Positions 39,035 to 50,796 are shown, counted from the first letter of the stretch. The stretch is 64,000 bases of DNA from Candidatus Hydrogenedentota bacterium (GCA_963674865.2 CAXXYE010000011.1:96001-160000); one strand, 5' to 3'. Notes: generated from the sequence alone by a model not told the origin. Numbers and translations are program-made.

Positions 39035-41250
39035 CTACAGCTCGCGCACCCGGACCTCGGCGATCCAAATCTGGCTATCCGCGCCGCCGAAGCCGAGCTT
39101 CTGAATCTTGCGGCCCTGGTCCAGCGCCTCCGGAGGCAGGGTGAACGAGAGCGTTTGCCACTCTTCCTTTTTCACCAATCCCTTCTCGGGCCGCACCCTG
39201 GTCCAGACGTCGGGCGACGTATTGACCACCACGCTGGTCAGGGGAGACATGCCCCAGACGTCGATTTCGACGACGACCGGTTTGCTCGGATCGGGCGTGG
39301 TGACCAGAAAGGTGGCCCAGCCGTGGGAGTTGTCGCCGGGGCCGGTCTCGTCGGAGTTCCAGCACTTCCGCCCGCCTTTGGTTTCCGCCTCGCCGAACGC
39401 CTGGGCCGGGACCCCGAATTCGCGAATCATCCGGTTACTTTCGATCCAGGAGTCGACATGTTTGGCCGCATCGCGGACTTTCACGTAGCCCAGTGCCTTG
39501 CGGGCCCCGGCCACTGCCGAATCGAACGCCGCCACGTCAAAGTCGGTCTGGTATCGCTGGTAGTCTTCCAACGCGAGGACCATCCGGTATCCGTAGTGAA
39601 ACGTCTGAGCCACTTCGGCCACGCGCTGCTTGACGACTTCGTCGGCCGGCACTTCTTGGGCCCGCTCGACGGCCGCCAGCGCCTGGTCCAGCAGTTGCCG
39701 GTCAAACAGGCCGGGGATTTGTGTTCGTGGATTGCCGGCATACGACCGGCCCGTCTTCTTCGCGGCGGCGTCCACCGCCCGGTAAAACGTGCCGATGTCT
39801 TCCGCGGCCGGCCCGAACATGGCCCGGGTCCACTCGTCGGCAATCTCCTGGGGGTCGCCCGAGGGGTCCCAGAGCAGTTTGGCGATCACGTAATAGAGCG
39901 GTCCGTCCAGGGGCCAGTCTCTCAGCGTGCTTTGACAGTAATAGCGTTTGACGCCCAGCGAATGATAGTACTTCACGTCGGCCGAGAAACTGCCCAACAC
40001 GGGCCGCGGCAGCCGCCACCATTGCGACTTGCTCACGTAGTTGTACATCAGGATCTCGGGCGTCACGTCGAGCCAACGCAAGAGCGAATCGTTGAACTGG
40101 CGGTTCGACTCCGACTCCGGATCGTTGACCGGCCGGGAATAGTCTGCCGGCGCGTAGTGGCACAGATACGGCACCACGTTGGGCAGCGGGCGGACCGTGT
40201 CGGGCGGTTCGGCGTAATTGATATACGCCAGCACCAGTAGCTTCTTGTCGGGATACTTTTTGGCCACCCGGGCCGCTACTTCGTTGGCGAACCAGAATAC
40301 GCGATCGCCCAGGAACGGCCGCTCGGAGATCAGTCCTTGCTTGGTGGTCCGCCCCCCGCAAAGCCGTTTGTCCAACTCGAGGCAAGCGTCGCATTCACAC
40401 CAGCCCCGGCCATCGTTGGGGCTGATCGAAACGATCTGGCAGGCGGGATCGTCGTCGAAGAAACGGATTACATTGGCGGCGAACTCGTCGGCCAGTCCTT
40501 CCGCGGTGACGCAAAGCTGCCGGCCGTGAAGATCGCTGGGCCGGCGCTCGCCGGACAGGAACGGAAACCACTCGGGATGCTCTTTGAAGTACGGCTCATT
40601 GGGGATGATCTTGAAATAGGCGTGCACCCCACTGCACGCTTCCGGGTAGTAGATCGAGTTGCCGTTGGTTGGTGCCGTTTGAGGAGTGTAGAAGCCGTTC
40701 AGGCCCAGTTTCAAGCCCCACTTCTGGAACTCGGGATTGCCCTGGCCGTTGAAAAGCCGCCACTCGAACGCCGGCCGGGTATCGATCTCGAGCCGGCCCA
40801 CAGTCAAGGTTGGCTGCCGGGGCACGACGTCGATTTCCGGTGCCAGCCAACGGCAGCCCAGCGTCTCCAGGAACCGGTAGACGGCAAACAGGGTGCCCCG
40901 CTCACCTCCGCCGCAGATCGAGACGCCGCCCGAAACCGATCGAATCATCACCCGCTCTTCGTCGCCGATAAATCCATCGGGCAATCCAGCGAGAGTCTTC
41001 TTGGTCGGCCCCACGTCAATCCGCGTTCCAGCGGCGGAACCGCTCTCGCCTTCGGAGACAACCGCCAGGGCCGGCCCCGACATTCTCTCTCGATGTACAC
41101 GGCCAACTCGCCGGCCGCCGCGGTGACGGTTTGGCCGGCGCCGTCGGGGATCACAATCGAGCACTTGGGCTGCCCGCCGTCCACCAGCACGAGTTGTCCA
41201 TTGGCGGGAACCGTGACCGACAACATGACCGTCAATGCAATCAGATTCAT
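39035..41250 (-). CDS. DUF4838-like secreted protein (GH20/GH67 N-terminal-like domain); frameshift near 41090
   Basis: N-terminus MNLIAL..AAGELA in ORF 40948-41250 continues in ORF 39035-41266; GTLFAVYRFLETLGCRW, HPEWF, SPNDG..WCEC..C. Confidence 0.75.
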
Positions 41251-41323
41251 TTGCTTGTCTCCTCATTCCATTGCTTGATGCGATTCTTCAGCCGGGCAAC
41301 GACGTCGGCAACGATCTGGCCAC

Positions 41324-43276
41324 TCAATTCACCCAAATCGGGCTCGAGATGGCTTCCTCGTCGTTTTCCTGAACGATCCGCACGTAATAGTAGCTCGTTT
41401 CGCCGGGCTTGAATTCCGGATCTTGCCACTTGAGTTTGACAGCCGTTTCACCCGGCTCCAGCGCGTGGACGATCCGGCTGTTCTTCTTAATCTCCACGCG
41501 GGTGACGGGCGCCGTGCCGACCGCCTCGATCTCGAGCGTGGGCGGCTTATCGGTTCTGTATTCCGCGCCCATGGGACGGCCGTCGGCATGGAATTCCAGA
41601 ATGATCCGGTCGCCGCTGGTGGCGTAAACACTCCGGTCGTAAAGCGAGTGAAAGATCGACTCCCGCGTGTGACGGGGCGTACGGACGGCCAGGGCCGCCA
41701 TGCCGATCTCTTGTTTGTCCCAATCGTAGCTCGGTTTCAAGTAGCCGTGGCCCGGGTTGCCGTAATGGCCGTCGGTGCTGGCCATGATGCCCAGGCGGTG
41801 TCCCCGGGTAAGATACTTGGTGGCCCAATCTTCGCTGCGGCGGTGTTCGCTAAAAACCTCGATCAGCCGCTGTACCTTGGGGTCGTGCATGGCCGGGTTG
41901 CCCGACCGGCCGCCGAAGTGTGGAATGCAGAAGACGTCCTTGTTGCGAAGGTGCTCCCGGAGCTTGGCGAAGACGTCGTTGATCTTCTCCTGCATCGGGT
42001 CGGGGCCGTGGTACATTTGCAGGTTGCTCGGGGTGTAATAGTTGGTCGAACGATAGAGCGGCGGGTCGTCGTCGAGGAAATAGCAGTTGTGGTCGCCGCC
42101 CATCTTCGACGTGCCGCTCCACTCGTAGGCCTGAAAGGTCACGAACCGCCCCGGCCGGTTGACCCGGTTGGTGACCAGCTTGGAGTGCTCCCACATCTCG
42201 TCGATGAGTTCGAAGGCGTGATCCGAGACGGCGCAGAAATCGAGCCCCGCCACACGTTCGGCGAAGTCGTAGAACTCCTCGATCGTGCCCCGGCCGTCGG
42301 AAAAGAGCGTATGGCCGTGCAGGTCGCCCCAGAGCAGGAGCGTCTCGGGGCGCTCGGCGGTCACTCGTACCGGGTTGGCCGTTTGCCGCAACGTCCCATC
42401 GGAGGCGCTTAGCGTACAAGTGCCGGGCGTGCTGAACACGACGCCCTCGAAACGGCGTACGCCCCGGTCGGGCTTCCGTAAACGTATGTGCCCGCGGCAA
42501 GGCGGCCGCCGCGTCGGACGAGACCACTTTGACGGTGCCTCGATACGTAGCCGCCGGGTTTCCGTAGCGATCCTCGGCCCTGACGATACACCAGGTCGGC
42601 TTGCCCGCGACCGCGTCCGACGGCATCACCATCTGAAGCCGAAACGGTTGGGCGGCCACGACTTCGATGGCCGGGCTTTTCGTAAGCGGCAGATAGTCGC
42701 CGGATCCCTTGGCGTCGACGTAGGTCTTGAACGTAAAACACGCTTCGTCGAAGGGCTGCACGCGAATGCCCGGCGAACCGCCGCTGGTGTCACCGAAGGT
42801 GACCTTCATGGTTTCGCCGGGGGCCAGTCCCTTGCCGGGCAGGACAACTTCGACCATGTTGTGCCAGGCAAAATACTGGTGGAAATACCGGCTGCGGAAG
42901 TCGACCACGATTTCGACCGGCTGGTCGCGCTGGGTCTTGGCCGAGAGATAACTCTCGGCCTTTGGGTCCTCGGTCTGTGGTAGCGACCATTGCGAGAGGT
43001 GCCCGCAAACCGACGCGAATCCCGCCGCCCGGCTCAATGCCCGCCTTGCCGGCCGTGTAGACCAGTTGTGAACGTCTGGTGCGAGAGCGCCTCGACCTTG
43101 TCGGGCCCTTCCAACGTGGCGGATCCGATGCCCAGTCTTCGCCCTTCGGCCGCGGCCGCTTCTTCGTAGTTATTGGGAACCAGGCCGCGAAGCTCGGCGC
43201 CTGCCAGAGTACTCGGCACGAACAATACGATGGCCGTCAATGCGGCGGCAACTCTGGGTGGATTGGAGATTCTCAC
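41324..43276 (-). CDS. DUF3604/PHP-like metallohydrolase; frameshifted near 43030-43065 and 42470
   Basis: WGDLHGHT..SDG, DFCAVSDH, IPH, ASTDGH and SSPIW motifs; three consecutive ORFs join. Confidence 0.75.
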
Positions 43277-43784
43277 GAAGGCACCCCCTTCGGACTGGTT
43301 TGAGTGGTGTTATCTCAGAACATATTTTGAAATGCATTTCGGCGTGACAATCAACCCGTACGATGGGCCTCCGAGCCCGTCGAGGACCGCTATCCAAGAT
43401 CGACGGGCTCGGAGGCCCATCGTATGGATAAACACATTCTCCAAACAGTCTAGCGGGTGTCCGGGCGGAGGGAAAAGCATTTTATCGGCAAGTCGCCGTT
43501 GGTGCGGAAGAGGCGGCCGATGGACAACTGCCGGACCAACTGATCTAGCCACGCGAAACAACCCGATCGCGGCTTCCGCCGGCCGGGAATCGTTTGCTAA
43601 AACAGTCAGCTTGTTCACCGCCCGATGGCCGTTCGTAAGCTATACTACAGATGGAGCGTCCGTGCGGGCGCGGGTCTTTTTCGACGGCCGTTTCTCCCGG
43701 CCGAAGACCCCGCTACAAGCCGTCCGGCGCAGTATTGGATCGAGGTCCCGCGTGAAACCATTCTTTGAAGCGAGGGTGTTTTGC

Positions 43785-44440
43785 CATGGCCTTGGGAACC
43801 GTTCTACATACAGCACTTAGCGGTGTGTCGGCCGCGCAGTTTGGCGTGGGCGTGATCGGTAACAATCTGGCCAATCTGAATACCAACGGCTTCAAAGCAT
43901 CCAGCAGATCGTTTTCCACACAAGTTTCGGCCACTCGCGGGATGGGTTCTTCGCCGAGCGATTTCTCCGGCGGGACCAACCCGCGCCAGACCGGCCTGGG
44001 GGGTGATGCCCGGTGCGAGCCTCGCCGATTTCGGCCAGGGCACGATTGCCGTCAATTCCAAACCGACCAGCCTGGCCCTACAGGGTGACGGATTCTTCGT
44101 CCTGGAAGGTTCCCGGGGCGAGAATCTCTACACCCGCGACGGCAATTTCGGTTTCAACGGTGCCGGCGAATTGGTCGGCTCCGACGGACGAGGAGGGTGT
44201 TGGGAGCGGGCGTCAACAAAGACTTCGAGGTCCAATCCGGCAAGCTCTCCCCGCTGAGTTTCAGCCAGGGCATGCAGGTCGAAAGTGAGGACGGCTCCGT
44301 GGCCACGCTGACTGCGGTCAGCGTGGCCGAGAGGACGGCTCGCATCCAGGGCTCGTTCAGCGACGGAGTGCGTCGCGATCTGGGACAGATTCAAGTCGCC
44401 CAGTTCGCCAACCCCGTCGGGCCTCGAACAGCGCGGAGGT
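43785..44440 (+). pseudogene. flgE: Flagellar hook/basal-body rod protein (FlgE/F/G family), frameshifted and 3'-truncated
   Basis: TALSG..VIGNNLANLNTNGFK, GGTNP.Q.GLG, DFGQG, LALQGDGFF, YTRDGNF, FSDG..LGQIQVAQFANP(SGLEQRG); the C-terminal LE.SNVD is missing. Confidence 0.75.
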
Positions 44441-44453
44441 ACCGCCTGCATAC

Positions 44454-45662
44454 GTGCTCGAGCTCTGTCCCGTGCTGCCGCAGCCGGAGGATACGTTGGG
44501 AAGGATCGCTTTTGCCAAGGCACTTGCTGCAGGGGAAGGCGGCGCAAGTTCGGAACTGTGGGGCGATGCGCGGACACATCTTCACAATGCCATCTCTCTA
44601 GGCGCCCCGAACCAGAGCGAGCTGCTTCGCATGCTGGCCCGTGTCAATCTCGAGCTGCATGAACCGGCCGAGGCAGAGCAGGCCCTGACGCGGGCCGTCC
44701 AATCCAAGCCGGAAGATTTGGCCACGTGGCCCGTCTACTTCGAGTACGCAAGGGAACACGGCCGGATGCCCGCGCTCGAGGGCATCCTGGAGGCGCAGAT
44801 TTCTCGCTTAGCGGCGCAGGATGGGCCGCGCCCGGAAGCCGTGGCCGCGGCCTACTTCTGGCTGGGGCGCGTCTATGGGGAGGACGGGAACTCGGAGGAA
44901 GCGGCCGCCGCCTACGTGCAGGCCGCCCAGGCCGCGCCATACACGCCTGAGGTATGGCGCCGACTTCTGCGTCTTGCCGCGGATGAAACGGGAGTGGGCG
45001 CCCTCCGCGATACACTGGCGTCACTCTTCCCCGAGCCGGCCAAAGTCGAGCGTTGGCCTCTGGCGGCTATGGAATCCATTGCGCGGGCGTGGGAGGGAGG
45101 CCCCTCCGCCCTGGGCGACGCCACGCAGCGTCTTGCCGTGCTTATTGCAGGCCGAGCCGCTTCCGAGGAGGAGGAAGATTGGGGCGAGTACCTTTCCGTG
45201 GCCGAGTTGCTCTCCAAGGAACTGTCGAATGCGGGGCCAGCCACGCCCGGCCTGATGACGGCCCGTGTCAATCTCGCCTATGCTTACCTCGAACTGGGCC
45301 GTATTGAAACTGCGGATGAACTGAGTCACGACTTCCAAGCAGGCAGCGGCGCACCGGAGGAAGAGCAGATCTTCCTTCGCGTTCGCACCGGCATACTCGT
45401 GTACCGGGAGCAATACGCCGATGTCGAGACACTCTTGAAAGATGAAGCGCCGTTGGTGCGCAAGGATCTCTTTCTCAGTGAGGCGTTGGCCAATGCCTTG
45501 GCCCACAACGGCAGGACGGCAGGGGCGCGCCTGCGGTATATGACGATTCTACGGACCTTCCATCTGTCCCAGGCCAAGCGTGAGGAGATTGAAGCAGAGG
45601 TTCGTGCTCTCGGAGGCGTTAATTCTGCCCCGGGCGACACCGCCGAGAAGGAAGGGTCTTAG
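44454..45662 (+). CDS. TPR-repeat protein, probably N-terminally truncated
   Basis: TPR helices (LARVNLEL..AEAEQALTRA; AYFWLGRVY..EEAAAAYVQA); no RBS; begins at the junction. Confidence 0.65.
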   Translation: MLELCPVLPQPEDTLGRIAFAKALAAGEGGASSELWGDARTHLHNAISLGAPNQSELLRMLARVNLELHEPAEAEQALTRAVQSKPEDLATWPVYFEYAREHGRMPALEGILEAQISRLAAQDGPRPEAVAAAYFWLGRVYGEDGNSEEAAAAYVQAAQAAPYTPEVWRRLLRLAADETGVGALRDTLASLFPEPAKVERWPLAAMESIARAWEGGPSALGDATQRLAVLIAGRAASEEEEDWGEYLSVAELLSKELSNAGPATPGLMTARVNLAYAYLELGRIETADELSHDFQAGSGAPEEEQIFLRVRTGILVYREQYADVETLLKDEAPLVRKDLFLSEALANALAHNGRTAGARLRYMTILRTFHLSQAKREEIEAEVRALGGVNSAPGDTAEKEGS

Positions 45663-45667
45663 GACAT

Positions 45668-46864
45668 ATGGCGCGGCAAGACACGCCCATGCAGTCGGTA
45701 GGAGACGGGGACGCCCGGATTCGAGTCGCCTTCTGTCATTTCACGGCCGATGTCGGCGGCGGCTCGGATCGCTCGCTTTTCGACCTGGCCACCCATCTCC
45801 CGCGGGAGCGGTTTCTACCTTCCATGATCCTGAAAATCGGCGACCCGATGGCCGCGAAATACCGCGAGGCCGGCGTACATGTGATTGAGTTGCCGCTGAT
45901 ACCGCCCAGGAAGGCGTTTGAGCCCGCCAAACTCGCCCGCTTTTTCCTGGCCTACTGGCCGTCGGTATGGCGGATCGCTAGGGCCGTTTCGAAACTGCAC
46001 GCGGATGTCGTCCACGTCAATACGCTGTACAACTTGCAGGGGCCTGTGGCGGCGCGCCTGGCCGGCCGGCCCCTCGTTTGGCACGTGCGCGAGATCGCTT
46101 CCGACTCGCGCGCCGCGCGCATGATGGTGAGGTTGGCATCGATTCTCGCCACGAGGGCCGTCGCAATCTCCGGCACGGTAGCGGAGACGCTTGCCGTTTG
46201 CGGCGATAGGCGGCGCGTGGTTTTCAACGGGATTGACTTGAGTGAGTACAAGGCCCTGCCCGACGCGCGTGGACTTCGTGAAGAGTTGGGCGTTCCGCCC
46301 GGCGCTCCATTGGTGTCCTGTGTGGGGCGTCTGGAGCCGTGGAAGGGACAGCACGTCCTGGTGGAGGCGGCGCCGGCCATTCTCAAGGCGCATCCCGATG
46401 CCCGCATTGCCATCGTGGGCCGCCCTGCCGTGAACAAGCCCGACTATGGGCCCGCGTTGCAGCAGCGATGTCGTGAAATGGGTATCGAAGGTTCCGTGAT
46501 TTTCACGGGGCCGAGGAGCGATGTGCCGGTTCTGCTGGCAGCGTCCGATGTTTTGGTGCTGCCGACCGCGACGGCCGAGCCCTTTGGGCGGACGGTTGTC
46601 GAAGCCATGGCGGCCGGCTGTCCCGTGGTGGCGACGGCCGCGGGCGGCCCGCTTGACACCGTCGTCGATAGTGAAACGGGATGGCTGGTGCCGACGGAAG
46701 ATCCCGGCGCGTTGGCCGAGAAGGTGATCGATCTCCTGAGCGAGCCTGAACGTGCCCGCGAGATGGGCAAGAGGGGCAGAGCCCGCGCGTATGAACGCTT
46801 TGACCTTACGAGGGTGGTAACGGATATGGCCGCCCTCTTTGAGGAAGTCGTCGCCTCGATGTGA
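45668..46864 (+). CDS. GT4 family glycosyltransferase
   Basis: GG.DRS, WHVRE, VGRLEPWKG and EPFGRTVVEAMAAG motifs. Confidence 0.9.
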   Translation: MARQDTPMQSVGDGDARIRVAFCHFTADVGGGSDRSLFDLATHLPRERFLPSMILKIGDPMAAKYREAGVHVIELPLIPPRKAFEPAKLARFFLAYWPSVWRIARAVSKLHADVVHVNTLYNLQGPVAARLAGRPLVWHVREIASDSRAARMMVRLASILATRAVAISGTVAETLAVCGDRRRVVFNGIDLSEYKALPDARGLREELGVPPGAPLVSCVGRLEPWKGQHVLVEAAPAILKAHPDARIAIVGRPAVNKPDYGPALQQRCREMGIEGSVIFTGPRSDVPVLLAASDVLVLPTATAEPFGRTVVEAMAAGCPVVATAAGGPLDTVVDSETGWLVPTEDPGALAEKVIDLLSEPERAREMGKRGRARAYERFDLTRVVTDMAALFEEVVASM

Positions 46865-47103
46865 CGTGTTCCGCGTCCTTGGCGTCGCGGCTACCGAATG
46901 ACTGGCGTGTCGGGAAGGTCATCTGCTAATGTTGACGGTGGGGCGGTTGCTTCCGGCAGGCCAGGATGGGACGGCATGCGGGGCCGCCTGTCGGAGTCGT
47001 CAATGCGCTGTAGGGTGATGTCAACGGGAATGCTTCATCGGCCGCGCCCACAATGCCTTCGCGTTGTGGACACACCTCCTGCGCCCATTTGGAATCAGTG
47101 CGA

Positions 47104-48435
47104 ATGACGGCCGCCACGCGCCAGGAGCGCCAAGTTCTCTTCCTCTATATTCTGACGGATGCCTTTCTGTTCTTTGCCGCGCTTAACCTTGCTTCTCTGG
47201 CACGCCTGAGCACGCTCTATCAGATTGATATCGCGCCTTTGCAACGCGACAGACTCGTCTGCCTCGCCGTCTTCATGGTGGCCTGCACGCTGGCCGGTTC
47301 CTATAAGTCGACGCGGATTGTCGATCGGTTTGACGCCGTCTACTACACCCTCATAGCCTCCGCCGCGACGGGATTCGTCTTAATCAGCATAACGGGCTTG
47401 CTACCGGTGCGGATGCGTGCGATCTCCCGCCGCGAGATTGTTCTGGGTGTTATGCTCGCCGGCCTTCTAGTGCCTGCGTGGCACTACGCCGGCGCGTCGC
47501 TTCTGGCTCGTTTGAGGCCCCTGCATCGCTTCTTCGATGTGTTCGGCAGCGAAAACGAAGCGAGGCGGATTGCCGCAGGAATCAAGGATGATCACACCGC
47601 CACCGCGAACGCCCGCTATGTGCCGCTGGAGGAATGCGCTCGGGAAGACCCCGGCCGGGGCGGAGGCATGGAGGCGATCATCACCCTTGCCGAGAAAGAC
47701 AGTGGCCAATTGATGCCGCTGCTCGAGTGGTGTGAGAAGCATTACCGGCGCATTTTCCTTCATCCCAGTCTTTACGACACGCTCCTGCTGCCGCATACCC
47801 ACTTGATGGCCGTGGCGGGCATCCCCTTGCTTGAGGTTGGCCATAATCAAGTCACGCCCTACCTATTCGTCAAGCGGTGGATAGACTGCGCCATCGCGCT
47901 GATAGGACTCGTGCTGACATTGCCCGTCTGCATCGCGGCGGCGGCGGCGATCAAGCTGAACTCGCCGGGGCCGGTGTTTTACACCCAGGCCCGGATGGGG
48001 CAACACGGCAAGGAATTTAAGCTCTACAAGTTCCGCTCGATGGTGGCCGACGCGGAGGCCCAAACCGGCCCGGTGTGGGCGACTGATGACGACGCGCGCA
48101 TCACGCCGGTGGGCCGCTTCATCCGCAAGCACCGCGTCGATGAACTTCCTCAGTTGTTCAATGTTCTCGCCGGTGACATGAGCATCGTCGGCCCGAGGCC
48201 GGAGCGGCCGCATTTCCACAAAGAATTCTGCCGGAAGTGGCCTCTTTTCGACAGGCGACTCCAGGTACGCCCCGGTGTGACCAGCCTCTCCCATGTCCTC
48301 GGCCGGTACTCTTCCGAGCCGGTCGACCGACTGCGCTACGACCTGATTTACATCAGCAGTTTGTCCCTGTTCACCGACCTCAAGGTTATCATTGCCACGG
48401 TACGCGTCGTGCTCGGCGGGAAGGGGGCTAGGTAA
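47104..48435 (+). CDS. Polyprenyl-phosphate glycosylphosphotransferase (WcaJ/WbaP-type priming transferase)
   Basis: N-terminal TM helices; KR.ID, KFRSM, DELPQLFNVL.GDMSIVGPRPE. Confidence 0.9.
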   Translation: MTAATRQERQVLFLYILTDAFLFFAALNLASLARLSTLYQIDIAPLQRDRLVCLAVFMVACTLAGSYKSTRIVDRFDAVYYTLIASAATGFVLISITGLLPVRMRAISRREIVLGVMLAGLLVPAWHYAGASLLARLRPLHRFFDVFGSENEARRIAAGIKDDHTATANARYVPLEECAREDPGRGGGMEAIITLAEKDSGQLMPLLEWCEKHYRRIFLHPSLYDTLLLPHTHLMAVAGIPLLEVGHNQVTPYLFVKRWIDCAIALIGLVLTLPVCIAAAAAIKLNSPGPVFYTQARMGQHGKEFKLYKFRSMVADAEAQTGPVWATDDDARITPVGRFIRKHRVDELPQLFNVLAGDMSIVGPRPERPHFHKEFCRKWPLFDRRLQVRPGVTSLSHVLGRYSSEPVDRLRYDLIYISSLSLFTDLKVIIATVRVVLGGKGAR

Positions 48436-49095
48436 ATGACGGCCCCCGTGATTCAGAATACCCGCCGCTTTCTGGCGCTCTGGGCGCTGCTCCTGTTTCT
48501 TATGATGGTAGCCGCCGTTCTTGCACACGTTGTGACCGGGCGGGCCATCATCCGGATGAGAGAGAATCATCCTTACGCCTATCTCAAGGAAGCGGATCGC
48601 CTGATGAAGCAGGGCGATTTCACTGGTGCACTGGCCCAAGTCGAAGAGGCGCGCAGGCGTGCGCCCAAAAATCCGGATGTGGATGTTGCCGCCGGACACG
48701 TCTATGTCCGCTTCAAGCGCTGGGAATCGGCCCTGGAAGCCTACGACAAGGCCATAACGAAGGGCAGCGAGAATCCGGGCATGCGCACCAACGTGCTCTG
48801 GGCGCTTATCGAACTTGATCGCTACGACGAGGTGTCCGAGCGGGGGAAACAGTGGATTGCGGAGGGAAGCACCGATCCTACCATCGCGCGTTGTGTCGCC
48901 GAGGCCTGCATTTCTAGTGGCGACGCAGCCGGGGCCATCCCCTATCTGGAACTCGCCCTCAAGAGCCGCCCCAAGGATCTTGCCTTGTTGGATAGGCTGG
49001 AACGGGCCTACAGAGCGGCCGGCGCTGCGGAAAAGGCGGAGCAAGTGCGCGAGAAGCGGAGAGAGATCGAGGCCGATAGGACGCCCTCAGGCTAG
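48436..49095 (+). CDS. Membrane-anchored TPR protein
   Basis: N-terminal TM helix followed by TPR repeats; directly abuts the upstream gene. Confidence 0.8.
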   Translation: MTAPVIQNTRRFLALWALLLFLMMVAAVLAHVVTGRAIIRMRENHPYAYLKEADRLMKQGDFTGALAQVEEARRRAPKNPDVDVAAGHVYVRFKRWESALEAYDKAITKGSENPGMRTNVLWALIELDRYDEVSERGKQWIAEGSTDPTIARCVAEACISSGDAAGAIPYLELALKSRPKDLALLDRLERAYRAAGAAEKAEQVREKRREIEADRTPSG

Positions 49096-49119
49096 TTGCC
49101 TTGCCGCCCGTGGCTCGGA

Positions 49120-49560
49120 TCACGCTCCGAGCGCTTTCCTACACACTTCGTTAAGCGTCTTGCCATCCGCTTGATCGCCGAGCTCCTTCTTCATGGCGCC
49201 CGTAAGCTTGCCTGCATGCGTCACTTCGGGATGCGACTCGAGATAGGCCCGGACCTTTTCCTCGAGTTGGGCCGCCGTCAACTGCTGCGGCAGGAACTCC
49301 TCGATGATCCGGATCTCGGCCTCCGCCTCGGCCGCGTCGTCTTTCTTGCCGTGTGAGAGAAACACATCGATGCTGTCGCGGCGTTTCCGAAGCTCACTGC
49401 GCAGCACGGCAACGGCCGACCCGTCATCGAGTTCGCCTCCGGACTCCTTCTCCTTGAGCGTCAGGGCGCCCTTGAGCAGTCTGAGGCACTCCAGCCGCTC
49501 ATGTTCTCGGGCCTTCATCGCCGCCTTCATATCTTCTTGAATGCGCTGCATCATCCCCAT
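49120..49560 (-). CDS. yqeY: GatB/YqeY domain protein
   Basis: DMKAAMKA, KRRDSI, E..IIEEFLPQQL and ADGK motifs; GAGGAGGA RBS. Confidence 0.9.
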   Translation of the reverse strand: MGMMQRIQEDMKAAMKAREHERLECLRLLKGALTLKEKESGGELDDGSAVAVLRSELRKRRDSIDVFLSHGKKDDAAEAEAEIRIIEEFLPQQLTAAQLEEKVRAYLESHPEVTHAGKLTGAMKKELGDQADGKTLNEVCRKALGA

Positions 49561-49681
49561 GGATTGTCCTCCTCGACCATGAATTACTCTAGCCGTGAAG
49601 GGCGGTGAATGCAATGCTTTGGGATGTCTGCTCTTGGCTTTCCAACGCGCCGGATTTGTTCGGCCAGGAGGGGCGGCCGGC

Positions 49682-49703
49682 CTCTCACGAAAACCTAACA
49701 GTA
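49682..49703 (+). promoter_or_regulatory. Pho-box-like 11-bp direct repeat upstream of pstS
   Basis: CTCTCACGAAA/ACCTAACAGTA, with TCAC at 49685 and TAAC at 49696. Confidence 0.45.
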
Positions 49704-49896
49704 GGTTCGCTATTTCCTCATGCGTCGCCAACTTTCCCAAAACAACTCCTTGCTAATCTTCGATTGCGTCGGCATGCGGCACGTGCGGGATATCCCGAGG
49801 CACCGTGTCGTGAAATGCATAACGGCCCCGGCACTGGGCGTCGAGGCCGGCCCGACGTGAGCGTTTTCAAGCATGTCAACGAGGAGGAACGACACT

Positions 49897-50757
49897 ATGT
49901 TACGGCATCTAGAGGTACCTTCCATCAAGTGGCTTGGAGCCATGGGTGGCATTTGTCTGGCCCTGCTGGCTGTTTCCGGCGCAGCGGCGGCCCAGGACAA
50001 CGCGAACATTGTTGTGGATGGATCCACAACCGTAGGGCCGATTGCCAAGGCTTTTGCGGAGTACTACATGGGAATGCATCCCGATGTGAACATCACCGTC
50101 AGCGAGTCGGGCAGCGGCAACGGCGCCAAGAGTCTGATTAACGGCACGTGCCAGGTGGCCGACATGTCCCGCTTCATGAAGGACACCGAGTTTGCGGCCG
50201 CCATCGAGAAGGACGTGTTGCCCGTGGCCCACGTCGTCGCCATGGACGGTATCGCCATGGTCGTCCACCCCAGCAATCCCGTCACCGGATTGACGGTTGA
50301 GCAGGTGCGCGACGTCTACTTGGGCAAAATCAAGAGTTGGAAACAGGTGGGCGGCCCGGATGTGCCCATCATCATCATCAGTCGTGACACGAACAGCGGC
50401 ACATACGAGACCTTTGAAGGTCTTGTGATGAAAAAGGAAAAGATCGCCGAAGGCGCGGAATATGTGGGCAGCAACGGCGCCGTCCGGCAGCGTGTCCAGA
50501 GTACACAAGGCGCCATCGGTTACGTCGGCCTCGGTTTTGTGGACCGCACCGTGAAGGCCGTCGAGATCAACGGGATTTCCGCGACGAATCAGACGGTCGC
50601 TTCCGGCCGCTATCCCATTGCGCGACCGCTCTTCATGTTCACCAATGGCTATCCCAAACTGGGCACCCCGATTCACCATTTCGTGACGCTTCACCTGAGC
50701 AAGCAGGGCCAGGAGATCGTTCAGGGCATCGGATACGTCCCAGTGACCAATTACTAG
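49897..50757 (+). CDS. pstS: Phosphate ABC transporter substrate-binding protein
   Basis: DGSTTV, SGSGNG, MSR, RDTNSGT and YPIARPL motifs; GAGGAGG RBS. Confidence 0.95.
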   Translation: MLRHLEVPSIKWLGAMGGICLALLAVSGAAAAQDNANIVVDGSTTVGPIAKAFAEYYMGMHPDVNITVSESGSGNGAKSLINGTCQVADMSRFMKDTEFAAAIEKDVLPVAHVVAMDGIAMVVHPSNPVTGLTVEQVRDVYLGKIKSWKQVGGPDVPIIIISRDTNSGTYETFEGLVMKKEKIAEGAEYVGSNGAVRQRVQSTQGAIGYVGLGFVDRTVKAVEINGISATNQTVASGRYPIARPLFMFTNGYPKLGTPIHHFVTLHLSKQGQEIVQGIGYVPVTNY

Positions 50758-50796
50758 CCGCGACAAGCGAACTTGAAGCGGAGGAGCAAACAGATT

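Noticed and set aside
43277..43784. Sigma28 promoter for the flgE-like gene
   Set aside because: GCCGAT hexamers occur, but none has a correctly spaced TAAA-like -35 on the coding strand.
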